Assembly (NCBI GenBank): GCA_963740355.1
Contig: CAVUDW010000003.1
Coordinates: 608,001 to 672,000 of the forward strand
Source of the DNA: an uncultured Gemmatimonadaceae bacterium
GTDB lineage: Bacteria; Gemmatimonadota; Gemmatimonadetes; Gemmatimonadales; Gemmatimonadaceae
DNA: 64,000 bases
Direction: 5' to 3'
Of this stretch, positions 1 through 9,594 are shown piece after piece; position 1 is the stretch's first letter; each line of letters starts with the position of its first letter. The position numbers and the translations under genes are program-made. The notes under the pieces are model-generated. The model was not told where the DNA came from, ran no database searches, and saw only the letters and a list, made by a program, of their open reading frames with translations.

Positions 1-42
1 CCGGCGCAGATTGCGGACCTGCGCGGGAAGCGTGTCATCTGA
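1..42 (+). CDS. C-terminal tail of an upstream family III (CaiB/BaiF) CoA-transferase (partial; possibly SmtA/SmtB)
   Basis: Frame 1 reads PAQIADLRGKRVI*, resembling the usual C-terminus of family III CoA-transferases; lies directly upstream of mct. Confidence 0.5.
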   Translation, partial: PAQIADLRGKRVI

Positions 43-88
43 GTACGCCGACACACCACGCGACCACCGACGCCGCGGGAGCGAGCAC

Positions 89-1309
89 GTGACTGGTATC
101 CTGCATGGCTTGCGCATCGTGGAGGGCTCTGCCTTCGTCGCGGCTCCGCTCGGCGGCATGACACTCGCGCAACTTGGCGCGGATGTGATTCGCTTCGACC
201 CCATCGGCGGTGGCCTCGACTATGGGCGCTGGCCACTCACCAATGACGGCGCACACAGCCTGTTCTGGACAGGGCTGAACAAGGGCAAGCGCTCGATCGC
301 CGTCGATTTCAAGTCAGTGCGCGGCCAGGAGATCCTGACCCGGCTGATCTGCGCGCCGGGAGCCGACGCCGGCATCTTCAGCACCAACTTTCCCGCCAAG
401 GGCTGGTTGAGCTACGACACACTGGTGAATCATCGCGCCGACCTGATCATGGTCAACCTGCTCGGTCGACGCGATGGTGGATCCGAGGTCGATTACACGG
501 TCAATCCGGCGATTGGATTCCCTGCCCTCACCGGCCCCGCTGATTCGACCGAGCCGGTCAATCACGTCTTTCCAGCCTGGGATGCGATTGCGGGCAACAT
601 GCTCGCGGTGGCCATTCTCGCGGCAGAGCGGCATCGCACGAAACATGGTGCCGGTCAGTTCGTGTCACTCGCGCTGAAGGACGTTGGCCTGGCGATGCTT
701 GGCCACCTTGGCATGATCGCCGAAGTGATGGTCAACGACAGTGATCGCGCACGGTACGGCAACTACCTGTTCGGAGCCTTCGGTCGCGACTTCGTGACAG
801 CCGATGGCGAACGCGCAATGGTCGTGGGCCTGACCGAAATGCAGTGGGCCACGCTGGTGAAGGCGACCGGACTCGCCGATGCGTTCACCGCACTTGGGGC
901 GCGGCTCGATCTCGACATGCGCGTCGAAGGGAATCGATTCCGGGCGCGCGAAGAGATCGCAGCGCTGCTCGAGCCATGGTTCGCCGCGCGCACGCTGGCC
1001 GAGGTGCGCACCAGTCTGGATGCGGCACGGGTGACCTGGTCGCCGTATCGCACGGTGCGACAAGCGCTGGAGCAGGATGCCGACCTCTCGGTCGACAATC
1101 CCATGTTCGAGCTGCTGCAGCAACCCGGCGTCGGCACCACGCTGGCGGCGGCATCACCGCTGCATTTCAGCCGCGTTGAACGCGTGCCGGTGCGTCCTGC
1201 GCCACGACTCGGCGAGCACACCGATGAGATCCTGCTCGACGTGCTCAAGTTGTCCGAGGCCGATGTCGGTGTGTTGCACGATGATGGTATCGTGGCAGGT
1301 CCGAAGTAG
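89..1309 (+). CDS. mct: Mesaconyl-CoA C1-C4 CoA transferase (2-methylfumaryl-CoA isomerase), family III CoA-transferase
   Basis: N-terminus GILHGLRIVEGSAFVAAPLGGMTLAQLGADVIRFDPIGGGLDYGRWP, GLNKGKRS, EVDYTVN and PAWD match Mct as recalled; adjacent to mcl and mch; GTG at 89 is the likely start. Confidence 0.85.
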   Translation: MTGILHGLRIVEGSAFVAAPLGGMTLAQLGADVIRFDPIGGGLDYGRWPLTNDGAHSLFWTGLNKGKRSIAVDFKSVRGQEILTRLICAPGADAGIFSTNFPAKGWLSYDTLVNHRADLIMVNLLGRRDGGSEVDYTVNPAIGFPALTGPADSTEPVNHVFPAWDAIAGNMLAVAILAAERHRTKHGAGQFVSLALKDVGLAMLGHLGMIAEVMVNDSDRARYGNYLFGAFGRDFVTADGERAMVVGLTEMQWATLVKATGLADAFTALGARLDLDMRVEGNRFRAREEIAALLEPWFAARTLAEVRTSLDAARVTWSPYRTVRQALEQDADLSVDNPMFELLQQPGVGTTLAAASPLHFSRVERVPVRPAPRLGEHTDEILLDVLKLSEADVGVLHDDGIVAGPK

Positions 1310-1360
1310 CTCGCGCTGGTCGTTGCCCTACCTCGTGGTCAAACCCCTGGAGACTGTGTC

Positions 1361-2410
1361 GTGAAGCTGCCTGCAAACTTCTACAAGCCGCTCGCCATTG
1401 GCGCCCCGCGTCCCCTGCGTGAGCTGCCGGTGCGACCGGAGCGCGTGATTCATTTCTTCCCGCCGCATCTGGAGAAGATCCGGGCCAAGCTGCCCGAGAC
1501 GACGAAGCAGGTCGATGTGTTGTGCGGCAATCTCGAGGACGCGATTCCAGTCGACTCGAAGGAGGCCGCGCGCGCCGGGTTCATCGAGGCGGCCAACGCC
1601 ATCGACTTCGGCGATACCGCGCTGTGGGTGCGCGTCAACTGTCTCAACAGCCCCTGGCTGCTGGATGACCTCGATCAGATCGTGAAGCAGGCTGGCAACA
1701 AGCTGGATGTGTTCATGATCCCGAAGGTCGAAGGGCCATGGGACATACACTTCGTGGACCAGTACCTGGCACTGCTGGAGGCGCGGTATGGCGTGACCAA
1801 GCCGATCCTCATCCACGCATTGCTGGAGACGGCCGAAGGCGTGAAGAACGTGGAGGAGATCGCCTGTGCCAGCCCGCGTATGCATGGCATGAGCCTCGGT
1901 CCGGCCGACCTCGCCGCGTCGCGTGGAATGAAGACCACGCGTGTCGGGGGTGGCCATCCCTTCTATGGCGTGCTCGCCGATCCGAGTGAGGGTCAGGAGC
2001 AGCGCACCTTTGCCCAGCAGGACCTCTGGCACTACACGGTGGCGAAGATGGTGGATGCCTGCGCATCGAACGGCATTCGCGCCTTCTACGGCCCGTTCGG
2101 CGATCTGAAGGACGAGGCGGGGTGCGAAGCGCAGTTCCGCAACGCCTTCCTCATGGGGTGCAGCGGCGCCTGGTCGCTGGCGCCGAACCAGATCGCGATC
2201 GCGAAGCGAGTATTCAGCCCGGACGTGAAGGAAGTATTGTTCGCCAAGCGGATTCTCGACTCGATGCCCGATGGCAGCGGTGTGGCGATGATCGACGGCA
2301 AGATGCAGGACGACGCGACGTGGAAGCAGGCGAAGGTGATCGTCGACCTGGCGCGACTGGTCGCACGCAAGGACCCTGAACTGGCGAAGGCCTACGAGTT
2401 CCAGACATGA
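1361..2410 (+). CDS. mcl: (S)-malyl-CoA/beta-methylmalyl-CoA/(S)-citramalyl-CoA lyase (CitE family, Chloroflexus type)
   Basis: [75 protein letters not shown] closely match Chloroflexus Mcl as recalled; GGAG RBS upstream. Confidence 0.92.
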   Translation: MKLPANFYKPLAIGAPRPLRELPVRPERVIHFFPPHLEKIRAKLPETTKQVDVLCGNLEDAIPVDSKEAARAGFIEAANAIDFGDTALWVRVNCLNSPWLLDDLDQIVKQAGNKLDVFMIPKVEGPWDIHFVDQYLALLEARYGVTKPILIHALLETAEGVKNVEEIACASPRMHGMSLGPADLAASRGMKTTRVGGGHPFYGVLADPSEGQEQRTFAQQDLWHYTVAKMVDACASNGIRAFYGPFGDLKDEAGCEAQFRNAFLMGCSGAWSLAPNQIAIAKRVFSPDVKEVLFAKRILDSMPDGSGVAMIDGKMQDDATWKQAKVIVDLARLVARKDPELAKAYEFQT

Positions 2411-3471
2411 GTGCTGAGTCGAAGACGAAGGCGGGCAATTTCTTCGAGGACTTTTTTGTCGGGCAGGAGATCGTCCACGCGACGCCACGCACGGTGACCG
2501 AGGGCGAGGTGGCGGTCTATACGGCGCTCTTCGGTAGTCGCTTCGCTGCCAACTCCTCGGACCCGTTCGCGTCGGAGCTCGGTCTCGACGGCGCACCGGT
2601 CGACAGCATGCTCGCCTTCCATGTCGTCTTCGGCAAGACGGTGCCCGACATCTCGCTCAATGCGATCGCGAATCTCGGCTACGCGAACGGCCGCTTCGGC
2701 GTGCCGGTGTATCCGGGCGATACCCTCTCCACGACGTCGACCGTGATCGGCGTGAAGGAGAACAAGGACGGCAAGACCGGCGTCGTCTTCGTGCGTTCGA
2801 TCGGCGTGAATCAGGTGGGTGAGATGGTGCTCGACTACGTGCGGTGGGTCATGGTGCGGAAGTCGAAACTCGATGCCCCCGCACCGACGCCGGTGATTCC
2901 GGCCCTCAGCGACATGGTGGATGTCGCCGACCTGTACGTGCCATATGCCATCGAGCCCGGGGCGTACAACACCGAATTGGCAGGCAGTCCATTCCTCTGG
3001 GACGATTACGAGGTCGGCGAAAGAATCGATCATGTCGATGGCATGACGATCGAGGAAACCGAGCACATGATGGCCGCGCGCCTGTTCCAGAACACGGCCA
3101 AGGTGCACTTCAACCAACACGTCGAGAGTGCGGGACGATTCGGTCGGCGCATCATTTACGGTGGCTACATCATCAGCCTCGCGCGGTCACTTTCGTTCAA
3201 TGGTCTAGCCAACGCACTGTCGATCGCCGCCATCAACGGCGGGAGGCACACCAGCCCCACGTTCGCCGGCGACACGATCTATGCCTGGTCGGAGATCCTC
3301 GGCCGCATGGAGATTCCCGACCGCGACGACATCGGCGCGCTGCGTGTGCGCACCGTGGCCACCAAGGACCGGGCCTGTGCCGACTTTCCCTATCAGGATG
3401 CAGCGGGTGCGTACGACCCGGCCGTCGTACTCGACTTCGACTATACGGTGCTGATGCCGCGGCGGAGCTGA
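2407..3471 (+). CDS. mch: Mesaconyl-C1-CoA hydratase (beta-methylmalyl-CoA dehydratase), double MaoC/hotdog
   Basis: [69 protein letters not shown] overlap with mcl. Confidence 0.9.
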   Translation: MSAESKTKAGNFFEDFFVGQEIVHATPRTVTEGEVAVYTALFGSRFAANSSDPFASELGLDGAPVDSMLAFHVVFGKTVPDISLNAIANLGYANGRFGVPVYPGDTLSTTSTVIGVKENKDGKTGVVFVRSIGVNQVGEMVLDYVRWVMVRKSKLDAPAPTPVIPALSDMVDVADLYVPYAIEPGAYNTELAGSPFLWDDYEVGERIDHVDGMTIEETEHMMAARLFQNTAKVHFNQHVESAGRFGRRIIYGGYIISLARSLSFNGLANALSIAAINGGRHTSPTFAGDTIYAWSEILGRMEIPDRDDIGALRVRTVATKDRACADFPYQDAAGAYDPAVVLDFDYTVLMPRRS

Positions 3472-3475
3472 GTCG

Positions 3476-4009
3476 ATGCGTGAGTACCGGTTCCTGGCCA
3501 CTGACGTCACGCAGGAAGCCCTGCGCCTCGCGCGTGGTGTCTGGCATGGCATGACGATCGAGGAGCGCGCCATGACGATTCACCTCGTCACGGGCGAAGC
3601 TGTGCGCATCGAGACCGAGGCGGCCGACGTCGAGGATGCCTTCGAGACCTTTCGCCTCAATGCAGCCGTGGTCCCCGATGCGCCCCCGCCGAGTGACGCT
3701 GCCGGCGAATTCGGACTCGGCCGCAACGACGTCGTGCTCTTCACCGGTGCCACCTGGACCGTGACCAACACCGACGCGCTCGGCGTCGAGTTGCGCGAGG
3801 GAGCCGCGATGCATTTCAGCGGGCACCCCGGCCAGCTGTCGGAGGATGCGGAGATCGTGTGCCTGACGACGGACGCCATCGTCATTGCCACCATCACCGG
3901 TACCGGGCTGCTGGTGCGCGTCGGCCTCAAGCCAGGCTCGGTGGATGTCGTCACCGACCAGACCGCGATCGCCGCCTTTCTCCTCGAACGCGGCTATTCC
4001 ACCGCTTGA
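3476..4009 (+). CDS. Hypothetical protein (177 aa), probably co-transcribed with mch
   Basis: ATG 4 nt after the mch stop, GGAG upstream, host-like codon usage. Confidence 0.65.
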   Translation: MREYRFLATDVTQEALRLARGVWHGMTIEERAMTIHLVTGEAVRIETEAADVEDAFETFRLNAAVVPDAPPPSDAAGEFGLGRNDVVLFTGATWTVTNTDALGVELREGAAMHFSGHPGQLSEDAEIVCLTTDAIVIATITGTGLLVRVGLKPGSVDVVTDQTAIAAFLLERGYSTA

Positions 4010-4872
4010 GGCGGCGCTGGCGCCCGCGCGGTCAGCACGACCAGCGCGACGCCACCGAGGATCGCGGCACCAGCGATCGTCAGCCGAAGCGTGAGCGGTT
4101 CATGCAACACGATCACACCGCCGAGTGCTGCCAACACCGGAACGCTGAGCTGTACCGTCGCCGCGTTGGTTGCGCGAAGGTCACGCAACGCCGTGTACCA
4201 GATGGCATAACCAACCCCCGACGCGAGGGCGCCAGACGCCACGGCGAACGCCGCGCCCGTGGCATCGAGCGACAGGTGCGACGCGGTGAGCAGGCTCATG
4301 ACGAATGCCAGCGGCACCGCACGCAGGAAGTTGCCAGCGGTGACCGCGGTTGGATCTCCTGCCCCTTTGCCGCGCAATGAGTAGACGCCCCACGCCGCGC
4401 CCGCCGACAGCATCAGTGCGGCTGAGACAAGCGGCGGAGCGGCGAGCCCTGGCAGCAGCAGTCCGATCAATCCCGCGTAGGCAAGCAGCAGCCCGACGCC
4501 CTGAACGGCCGACAGGCGCTCTCCGCGCAACACCCCGACACTGATCATCGTTGCCTGCACGGCGCCGAACAGCAACAGCGCCCCCGTGCCTGCCGTCAGG
4601 CGTACGTACGCGAGCGAAAAACCAGCCGCGTACACGAACAGCGCCGCGGCCGAAGGCCACGAGCCCAGCGGGCGATGTCCTCCGGCGCGCAGTCGCACCA
4701 GCAGCACGAGCACCAGTGCACCGGAGAGCAACCGGATCGACGTGAAACTGGCCGCGTCGATGGCGGTGCGGGTCAGCGCCAGCCGGCAGAGCAACGAATT
4801 ACCCGCGAATGCCATCAGCGCCAGAACGGTCAGGACGCCAACGCGCGACGACGGAATCTTCGGTGAGTTCAG
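3994..4872 (-). CDS. DMT/EamA family transporter (start uncertain; ATG at 4815 is an alternative)
   Basis: About 10 TM helices; MAFAGNSLLCRLAL, IDAASFTSIRLLSGA, GYAIWY, VQLSVPVLAALGG. Confidence 0.85.
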   Translation of the reverse strand: MNSPKIPSSRVGVLTVLALMAFAGNSLLCRLALTRTAIDAASFTSIRLLSGALVLVLLVRLRAGGHRPLGSWPSAAALFVYAAGFSLAYVRLTAGTGALLLFGAVQATMISVGVLRGERLSAVQGVGLLLAYAGLIGLLLPGLAAPPLVSAALMLSAGAAWGVYSLRGKGAGDPTAVTAGNFLRAVPLAFVMSLLTASHLSLDATGAAFAVASGALASGVGYAIWYTALRDLRATNAATVQLSVPVLAALGGVIVLHEPLTLRLTIAGAAILGGVALVVLTARAPAPPQAVE

Positions 4873-4873
4873 A

Positions 4874-5320
4874 TCAGACGCCGAACTGGCGCAGGTGGTG
4901 ATCGATGTGTCGATGGCCAAGCGCGCCCCAGTCTGCGCGTGACATCTTGCCGAAGACTGGATGCTCCACGTCTGGCAGGCTGTCGATTTCTGCCGCATTG
5001 CGTTCGATCAACGCCTTCGCGGCGGTGACTTCGGCCGCGAAATCGTCGGGGGTCCGACTGATGATCTCCGGTGCCGTCGGCGCGTTCTTCGGGAACGGCA
5101 TGACGTAGATCACCAGCATCTTGATCGGATACCATCGCAGCAGCGGCATGTTCTTCGACTTCACCCGCAAGTCGCCGCGTGCCATGCGCATCGCGTCGTT
5201 GAGGTGCGCCACCATCTGCGGCGCAGTCATCCTGCCCCAGAGCGGTTTCGCCGTGGGGGTGAGGCGATCGAATCGCGCAATGATCGCGGCGCGTGCCACT
5301 GGGTCGGCGAGTGTCGGCAT
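4874..5320 (-). CDS. DinB/DUF1569 family protein
   Basis: WGRMTAPQMVAHL ... HPVFGKMSRADWG..HRHIDHHLRQFG metal-binding His pattern. Confidence 0.85.
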   Translation of the reverse strand: MPTLADPVARAAIIARFDRLTPTAKPLWGRMTAPQMVAHLNDAMRMARGDLRVKSKNMPLLRWYPIKMLVIYVMPFPKNAPTAPEIISRTPDDFAAEVTAAKALIERNAAEIDSLPDVEHPVFGKMSRADWGALGHRHIDHHLRQFGV

Positions 5321-5323
5321 AGG

Positions 5324-5866
5324 CTACGGAATGTCGCGCTCCATCCGAACGATGCCAAGTGTGAGCCCGAACCGCATCGGGAAATCGGCGCGCTCGAGGG
5401 CGTGGAAGCCCAGCGCCTCGTAGAGCGGAACCCCGGGCAAGGTCGCGCCGAGCTGGAAACGGTGGAAACCTGCCTCGACCGCTGCCGTTTCGCAGGCCGT
5501 GTAGAGCATCCGCGCAAACCCGCGTCGGGCAAACTTCGGCGAGACGTAGAACGCCCTGATTCGCGCCGCGTCCACTGCCGGATCGAGCAGTGGATCGACA
5601 GCCTTTTTCACCTGATCGCCACCATAGAGGGTCGAACGCCTGCTCCACCCGCCGCTGGCGGCGATCTCGCCTTCACATTCGATCACGAAGTACGTGCCGT
5701 CTGCCAGCAGCTGCGAATCGACACCGAACACGCTGACGAGCGACTCGTCGATCTCGGCGTCGGTGTAGATGCCTTTGCTGAGCCCGCGCACGGACGCATC
5801 GATCAGCGCCCGGATCGCGGGAATGTCGCCGGCGGTGGCCAGACGAAGCACCGGGGTGCCGGGCAT
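5324..5866 (-). CDS. GNAT family N-acetyltransferase
   Basis: ARIRAFYVSPKFARRGFA (motif A), ATLPGVPLYEALGF. Confidence 0.9.
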   Translation of the reverse strand: MPGTPVLRLATAGDIPAIRALIDASVRGLSKGIYTDAEIDESLVSVFGVDSQLLADGTYFVIECEGEIAASGGWSRRSTLYGGDQVKKAVDPLLDPAVDAARIRAFYVSPKFARRGFARMLYTACETAAVEAGFHRFQLGATLPGVPLYEALGFHALERADFPMRFGLTLGIVRMERDIP

Positions 5867-6367
5867 CTACGGCTGAACCGCCGCGACCCCCGCCTGTGCC
5901 ACCTGGCCGTCCTGCGCCGACGTCGCACCGCTGACGCCGACCGCGCCGATCACCTCGCCATTGACGATGATCGGCACGCCCCCTTCCACCGGCACGATGC
6001 CCGGCAGCCCAAGGATCGGCGTACGACCCGCGGTCAGCGTACTGTCGAGGGTGCGCGTGGGGCGACGCATGCGCGCTGCAGTACGAGCCTTCGCCTGCGA
6101 GATGTCGACGCTCGACGGTGCCGCACCGTCCATGCGCAGAAAGCCGATCAGGTCACCGGCGTTGTCGACGACGGAAATCGACACGTTCCATCCCTGCTTC
6201 TTCGCTTCGGCGAGTGCCGCGGCCAGTGCACGCTGCGCCCCCTCCACCGCAACGATGTGCGATGTGCGTGTCTGGGCACCGACGGTGGCAACAGTGCCGA
6301 ACGTGAGGCAGGCGAGTGTGCTGCCGGTCAGGATCGAGCGAAGCAGGCGTGACGTCATTTCAGGCAC
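5867..6367 (-). CDS. GlcG/HbpS-type heme-binding protein with signal peptide
   Basis: VSISVVDNAGDLIGFLRMDGA, KARTAA, GGVPIIVNGEVIGAVGVSGA..QD; N-terminal basic/hydrophobic leader. Confidence 0.85.
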   Translation of the reverse strand: MPEMTSRLLRSILTGSTLACLTFGTVATVGAQTRTSHIVAVEGAQRALAAALAEAKKQGWNVSISVVDNAGDLIGFLRMDGAAPSSVDISQAKARTAARMRRPTRTLDSTLTAGRTPILGLPGIVPVEGGVPIIVNGEVIGAVGVSGATSAQDGQVAQAGVAAVQP

Positions 6368-6400
6368 TCAGCGGATGGAGAGGATGAGGAAGTGTCGCGA

Positions 6401-6847
6401 TCAGTGCGCGATGCACTCGATTTCGACGCGTGCACCGAGCGCCAGGCCATTCACGCCCATCGCACTGCGCGCGGGTCGCTTGTCCGCGGGGAAGTACGTC
6501 ACGTAGACCTCGTTCATGGCACCCCACTCGCTCATGTCGGCGAGGAACGCGGTGCACTTCACGACGCGCTCCATCGACGAGCCACTGCGGACCAGCACCG
6601 CCTTGAGGTTCTCCATCACCTGCTGCGTCTCGGCCTTGATACCACCCGACACCACCTTGCCCGAGCTGTCGGTACCGACCTGCCCCGAGAGGTAGATCAT
6701 GCCATTGACGCGCACTGCAGGTGAAAACGGACGTGGCGGACCGACGGTCGTCGTGAGATACTCGGCGGGCTTGGCGGTTGCGCAGGCACTGAGCAGTGCG
6801 GCGAGCACGAACACTGCGAGACGACGGGGGGTGGCGAGTTTGGTCAT
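6401..6847 (-). CDS. RidA/YjgF family protein with lipoprotein signal peptide
   Basis: PFSPAV..GMIYLSGQVG, MNEVY, PARSA, VEIECIA; N-terminal RR-hydrophobic-LSAC lipobox. Confidence 0.88.
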   Translation of the reverse strand: MTKLATPRRLAVFVLAALLSACATAKPAEYLTTTVGPPRPFSPAVRVNGMIYLSGQVGTDSSGKVVSGGIKAETQQVMENLKAVLVRSGSSMERVVKCTAFLADMSEWGAMNEVYVTYFPADKRPARSAMGVNGLALGARVEIECIAH

Positions 6848-6854
6848 GTGAGCC

Positions 6855-7295
6855 TCAGACGCGATGGTAGTCGGGACGCCAAACCTTGATGCGTTGCTTG
6901 ATCTGCTTCGTATCGGTCACCTTCTCGGTCAGCACCCAGCGGACCAGCTCTGGCACCTCGGCGTCGCTCGCAAATCGCATCGCGATCAGCTGCTTCGCGC
7001 TCAACTCGATGGTGCGGCCGCGCAGGTCATCGGGCAGCAGCTTTTCCATCCGCAGCTGTTCCTCGAGCCGGATCACACGATCCTGTGCCTTGAGCGGGAA
7101 GGCCCGGGTGTACCAGTAGGTGCCGAGCAGCGCGAACGCGCCGAGCATCTGGAAGTGCGCATCGGCCGAACGCGTGGACACGGCGTGCCAGATCGACCAG
7201 ACCACGAACACGATGGTGCAGCCGCCCGTGACGTAGTGAAATCCGGGGACCATTCGGCCGTGGTTGGCGAACGATTGGGTGGGCTCGGTGCTCAT
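6855..7295 (-). CDS. Conserved membrane protein (DUF6526-like)
   Basis: QSFANH..VPGFHY, two TM segments, QDRVIRLEE..R, QLIAMRFASDAE, WRPDYHRV. Confidence 0.7.
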   Translation of the reverse strand: MSTEPTQSFANHGRMVPGFHYVTGGCTIVFVVWSIWHAVSTRSADAHFQMLGAFALLGTYWYTRAFPLKAQDRVIRLEEQLRMEKLLPDDLRGRTIELSAKQLIAMRFASDAEVPELVRWVLTEKVTDTKQIKQRIKVWRPDYHRV

Positions 7296-7472
7296 GAGTG
7301 TGCTGGCAGGGGTGAGGTGACCTGCAATATCACTCGCTGTTCCACCGTCCAGCAGTGGCTGCTTGCGCTATTCGATCCGGCATCGGGTATATGAAGGGTC
7401 GCCCGCGGGGCGTCATCTCGACGCCAGCCCCTGCGAAGATCTCATTCTCAAGAGCACGAGGAATACACACCC

Positions 7473-7730
7473 ATGCGCAAGCACATCGAACGGCCGGACG
7501 ACCAGGATGAGGACGAGGACTTCCCGACCGCAGATGGCACGGCTGACGGCGAGGCGTTGATCACCTGCCCGCATTGTGGGGAGTCGATCGAGATTGCGCT
7601 CGATGCGGGCAGCGGCAGTCGTCAGGAATACGTCGAGGACTGCGAAGTGTGCTGCCGTCCATGGCGTGTGATGGTGCACTACGGCGCCGACGGTCACGCC
7701 GACGTCCAGGTGGCGCCGCTCAACGAGTGA
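7473..7730 (+). CDS. CPXCG-motif cysteine-rich small protein
   Basis: CPHCGE...QEYVEDCEVCCRP. Confidence 0.85.
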   Translation: MRKHIERPDDQDEDEDFPTADGTADGEALITCPHCGESIEIALDAGSGSRQEYVEDCEVCCRPWRVMVHYGADGHADVQVAPLNE

Positions 7731-7781
7731 GTGGTCGCCGGACGACGCTTAGGCGCGCGCGTCCGACTCAGCCTGTGTGCT

Positions 7782-8177
7782 TCAGCGCGTCCACTGCTCC
7801 GAACTGGACCGCTGCCAGCCGAGCCACGCAGTGCCTTCCTCGATGGTCCTGTAGACCATGAAGCCACTGTCGCTGTCGGCCGCGAGCGTCGCGTACATGC
7901 GCGCCATGCCGAAGCTCACATCAGAATCGGCGATGAACGCGGTGCGGGCCTGGCCATGTTCTTCGCGCAGGCGTGCGATCAGTGGCACGATGCGACGCGT
8001 TTCCTCGGCACTCAGGAGCACGACCGCACCGCGCGCATCGAACAGCTGCGAGTATGCAAAGCAATGCGAGTCGGCCAACTCGGTGACCAGTGCCGCCATG
8101 TCCTCGATCCGAATGTCTCCGGTGCCGACGACGTGGACGCGCTGGTTCTTGTGATCGACTTCAAACGTGATCGGCAT
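7782..8177 (-). CDS. Hypothetical protein, SpoIIAA/STAS-SEC14-like
   Basis: LFDAR..., RTAFIADSDVSFGMARMY, YRTIEEGTAWL pattern. Confidence 0.6.
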   Translation of the reverse strand: MPITFEVDHKNQRVHVVGTGDIRIEDMAALVTELADSHCFAYSQLFDARGAVVLLSAEETRRIVPLIARLREEHGQARTAFIADSDVSFGMARMYATLAADSDSGFMVYRTIEEGTAWLGWQRSSSEQWTR

Positions 8178-8302
8178 CGTACGCTGCTCCGATGACAGGC
8201 ATCAGTCCAGCACCGGGACTTTTGTGTCCTTCGCTGAATAGAGATCATGAACGCCGTCGCGCAAGGGGCGACATATCATGAGCCAAAAGAATTAGGACGT
8301 TC

Positions 8303-8845
8303 TTATCGTGCGTGTGTTGCGGTGTCTGAAATGGCCAGGCGCTGCATGCGGGATAAGGGATACCCGTTGCAGCCATTCTTCGGTGTCGCACGATCAGGGG
8401 CAGGTGTCGATTCCGCGTCCTTCCGCGTCGGCGCCTGATACGCTGTCAGGCAGAACGCCCACGTGTACGGGGGCATGCCATCCAGCGCCATCCAGTCGAT
8501 GCGGGTCCAGCGGTTGGGCGCGGTGGGGCTGTCGGCCGAATTTTGCGCAATCAGATACTTTTGAGCTCCGTACCACACCACCACGCGAAAGCGGTTGCGT
8601 GGCTGCTGCACCCAGACGGAGTTTGAAATCGTGAAGCGCCCATCGTAGTCGTCGCGGAATTCACCGAGGACGAGGGACGGGGCGCCACCGCGCACACCCG
8701 CAGGACGCGACGCCGCTGCGCAGCCAGCCAGCAGCAGGGGGACGCTCCGTCGCAGCCACCGCCCCACCCGCGCAACGGCAGTGGTTCGACGCGCGGGGCG
8801 AAGCCATTCGGTGGGGCGAAGCAATGCGAGTCGTGCGGGAGCCAT
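8303..8845 (-). CDS. Hypothetical putative lipoprotein (true start may be downstream)
   Basis: LLLAGC lipobox; WTRIDW, WAFCLTAY, GCNGYP. Confidence 0.55.
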   Translation of the reverse strand: MAPARLALLRPTEWLRPARRTTAVARVGRWLRRSVPLLLAGCAAASRPAGVRGGAPSLVLGEFRDDYDGRFTISNSVWVQQPRNRFRVVVWYGAQKYLIAQNSADSPTAPNRWTRIDWMALDGMPPYTWAFCLTAYQAPTRKDAESTPAPDRATPKNGCNGYPLSRMQRLAISDTATHAR

Positions 8846-8966
8846 GAGCCGTCAACAGGTCGTCGAATGATTTCGCATGACGAATCATAACATTACGACA
8901 CTATCAAGCGGAACCTCGAACTAAGGACGAACTCATCCATAGGTCCGGCGTCCCCGACCGCAGGGA

Positions 8967-9512
8967 TCATTCCGGGACGATACCCATCCGCGCCAGCGCC
9001 CCGTCGATGCTCGTGCCGCCGATCGACACGAATAGGTGCCCATCAGTCACGGAAAGCGATAAAGTCATGCGCCGGTCGAGTTTTTCCACCAGCGCGGCGA
9101 TCAACTCCCGATCGAGGGACACGATCACGATACCTTCGGACTTATAGATCTTTTCACCGGCCAGCTGCCGGAGGTATATCACCGGCGCCTTCTCGATGTA
9201 GACGACGACGCGCGGCGCAGCCTTGCTGGCCTTGTGCAGGCGCGCAGCGTCTGGCGCACCGACCTCGATCCACGCGTTGATCGTACCGGTCAGGTCACGA
9301 ATGGTGATCGCTGGTTCATCGGGATCGCTGATCCCCCGCGAAAATGCGATGCCATCCGCGTACTCGAGGCAATACGCGAGCACGCGCGTCACCAGGCGCT
9401 CCTCGGTCTCGGAGGGGTGCTGGGCAACCTTCAGCGAGAGGGATTCGTAGACGCCGCGGTCGACGTCGGCGAGTTCAATCGCGAAGTTGTAGATGGTCGC
9501 GGTCAGGGCCAC
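8967..9512 (-). CDS. yaeQ: YaeQ family protein
   Basis: MALTATIY..IELADVDRGVYE, AQHPSETEERL..RVLAY, DEPA, WIEVGAPD..RLHKASK; GTG start at 9512. Confidence 0.9.
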   Translation of the reverse strand: MALTATIYNFAIELADVDRGVYESLSLKVAQHPSETEERLVTRVLAYCLEYADGIAFSRGISDPDEPAITIRDLTGTINAWIEVGAPDAARLHKASKAAPRVVVYIEKAPVIYLRQLAGEKIYKSEGIVIVSLDRELIAALVEKLDRRMTLSLSVTDGHLFVSIGGTSIDGALARMGIVPE

Positions 9513-9594
9513 GGGATGTCGGCAAAGGGAATGCAGGTGATCCGTGGCGCGATGGGCTGGCACACATCACCACACGGTCTGCGGCGCAGAAATG

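Noticed and set aside
89..3471. Proof of autotrophic CO2 fixation
   Set aside because: Mcr, Pcs, carboxylases and Meh are not in this window; the cluster alone supports only glyoxylate/propionyl-CoA assimilation.
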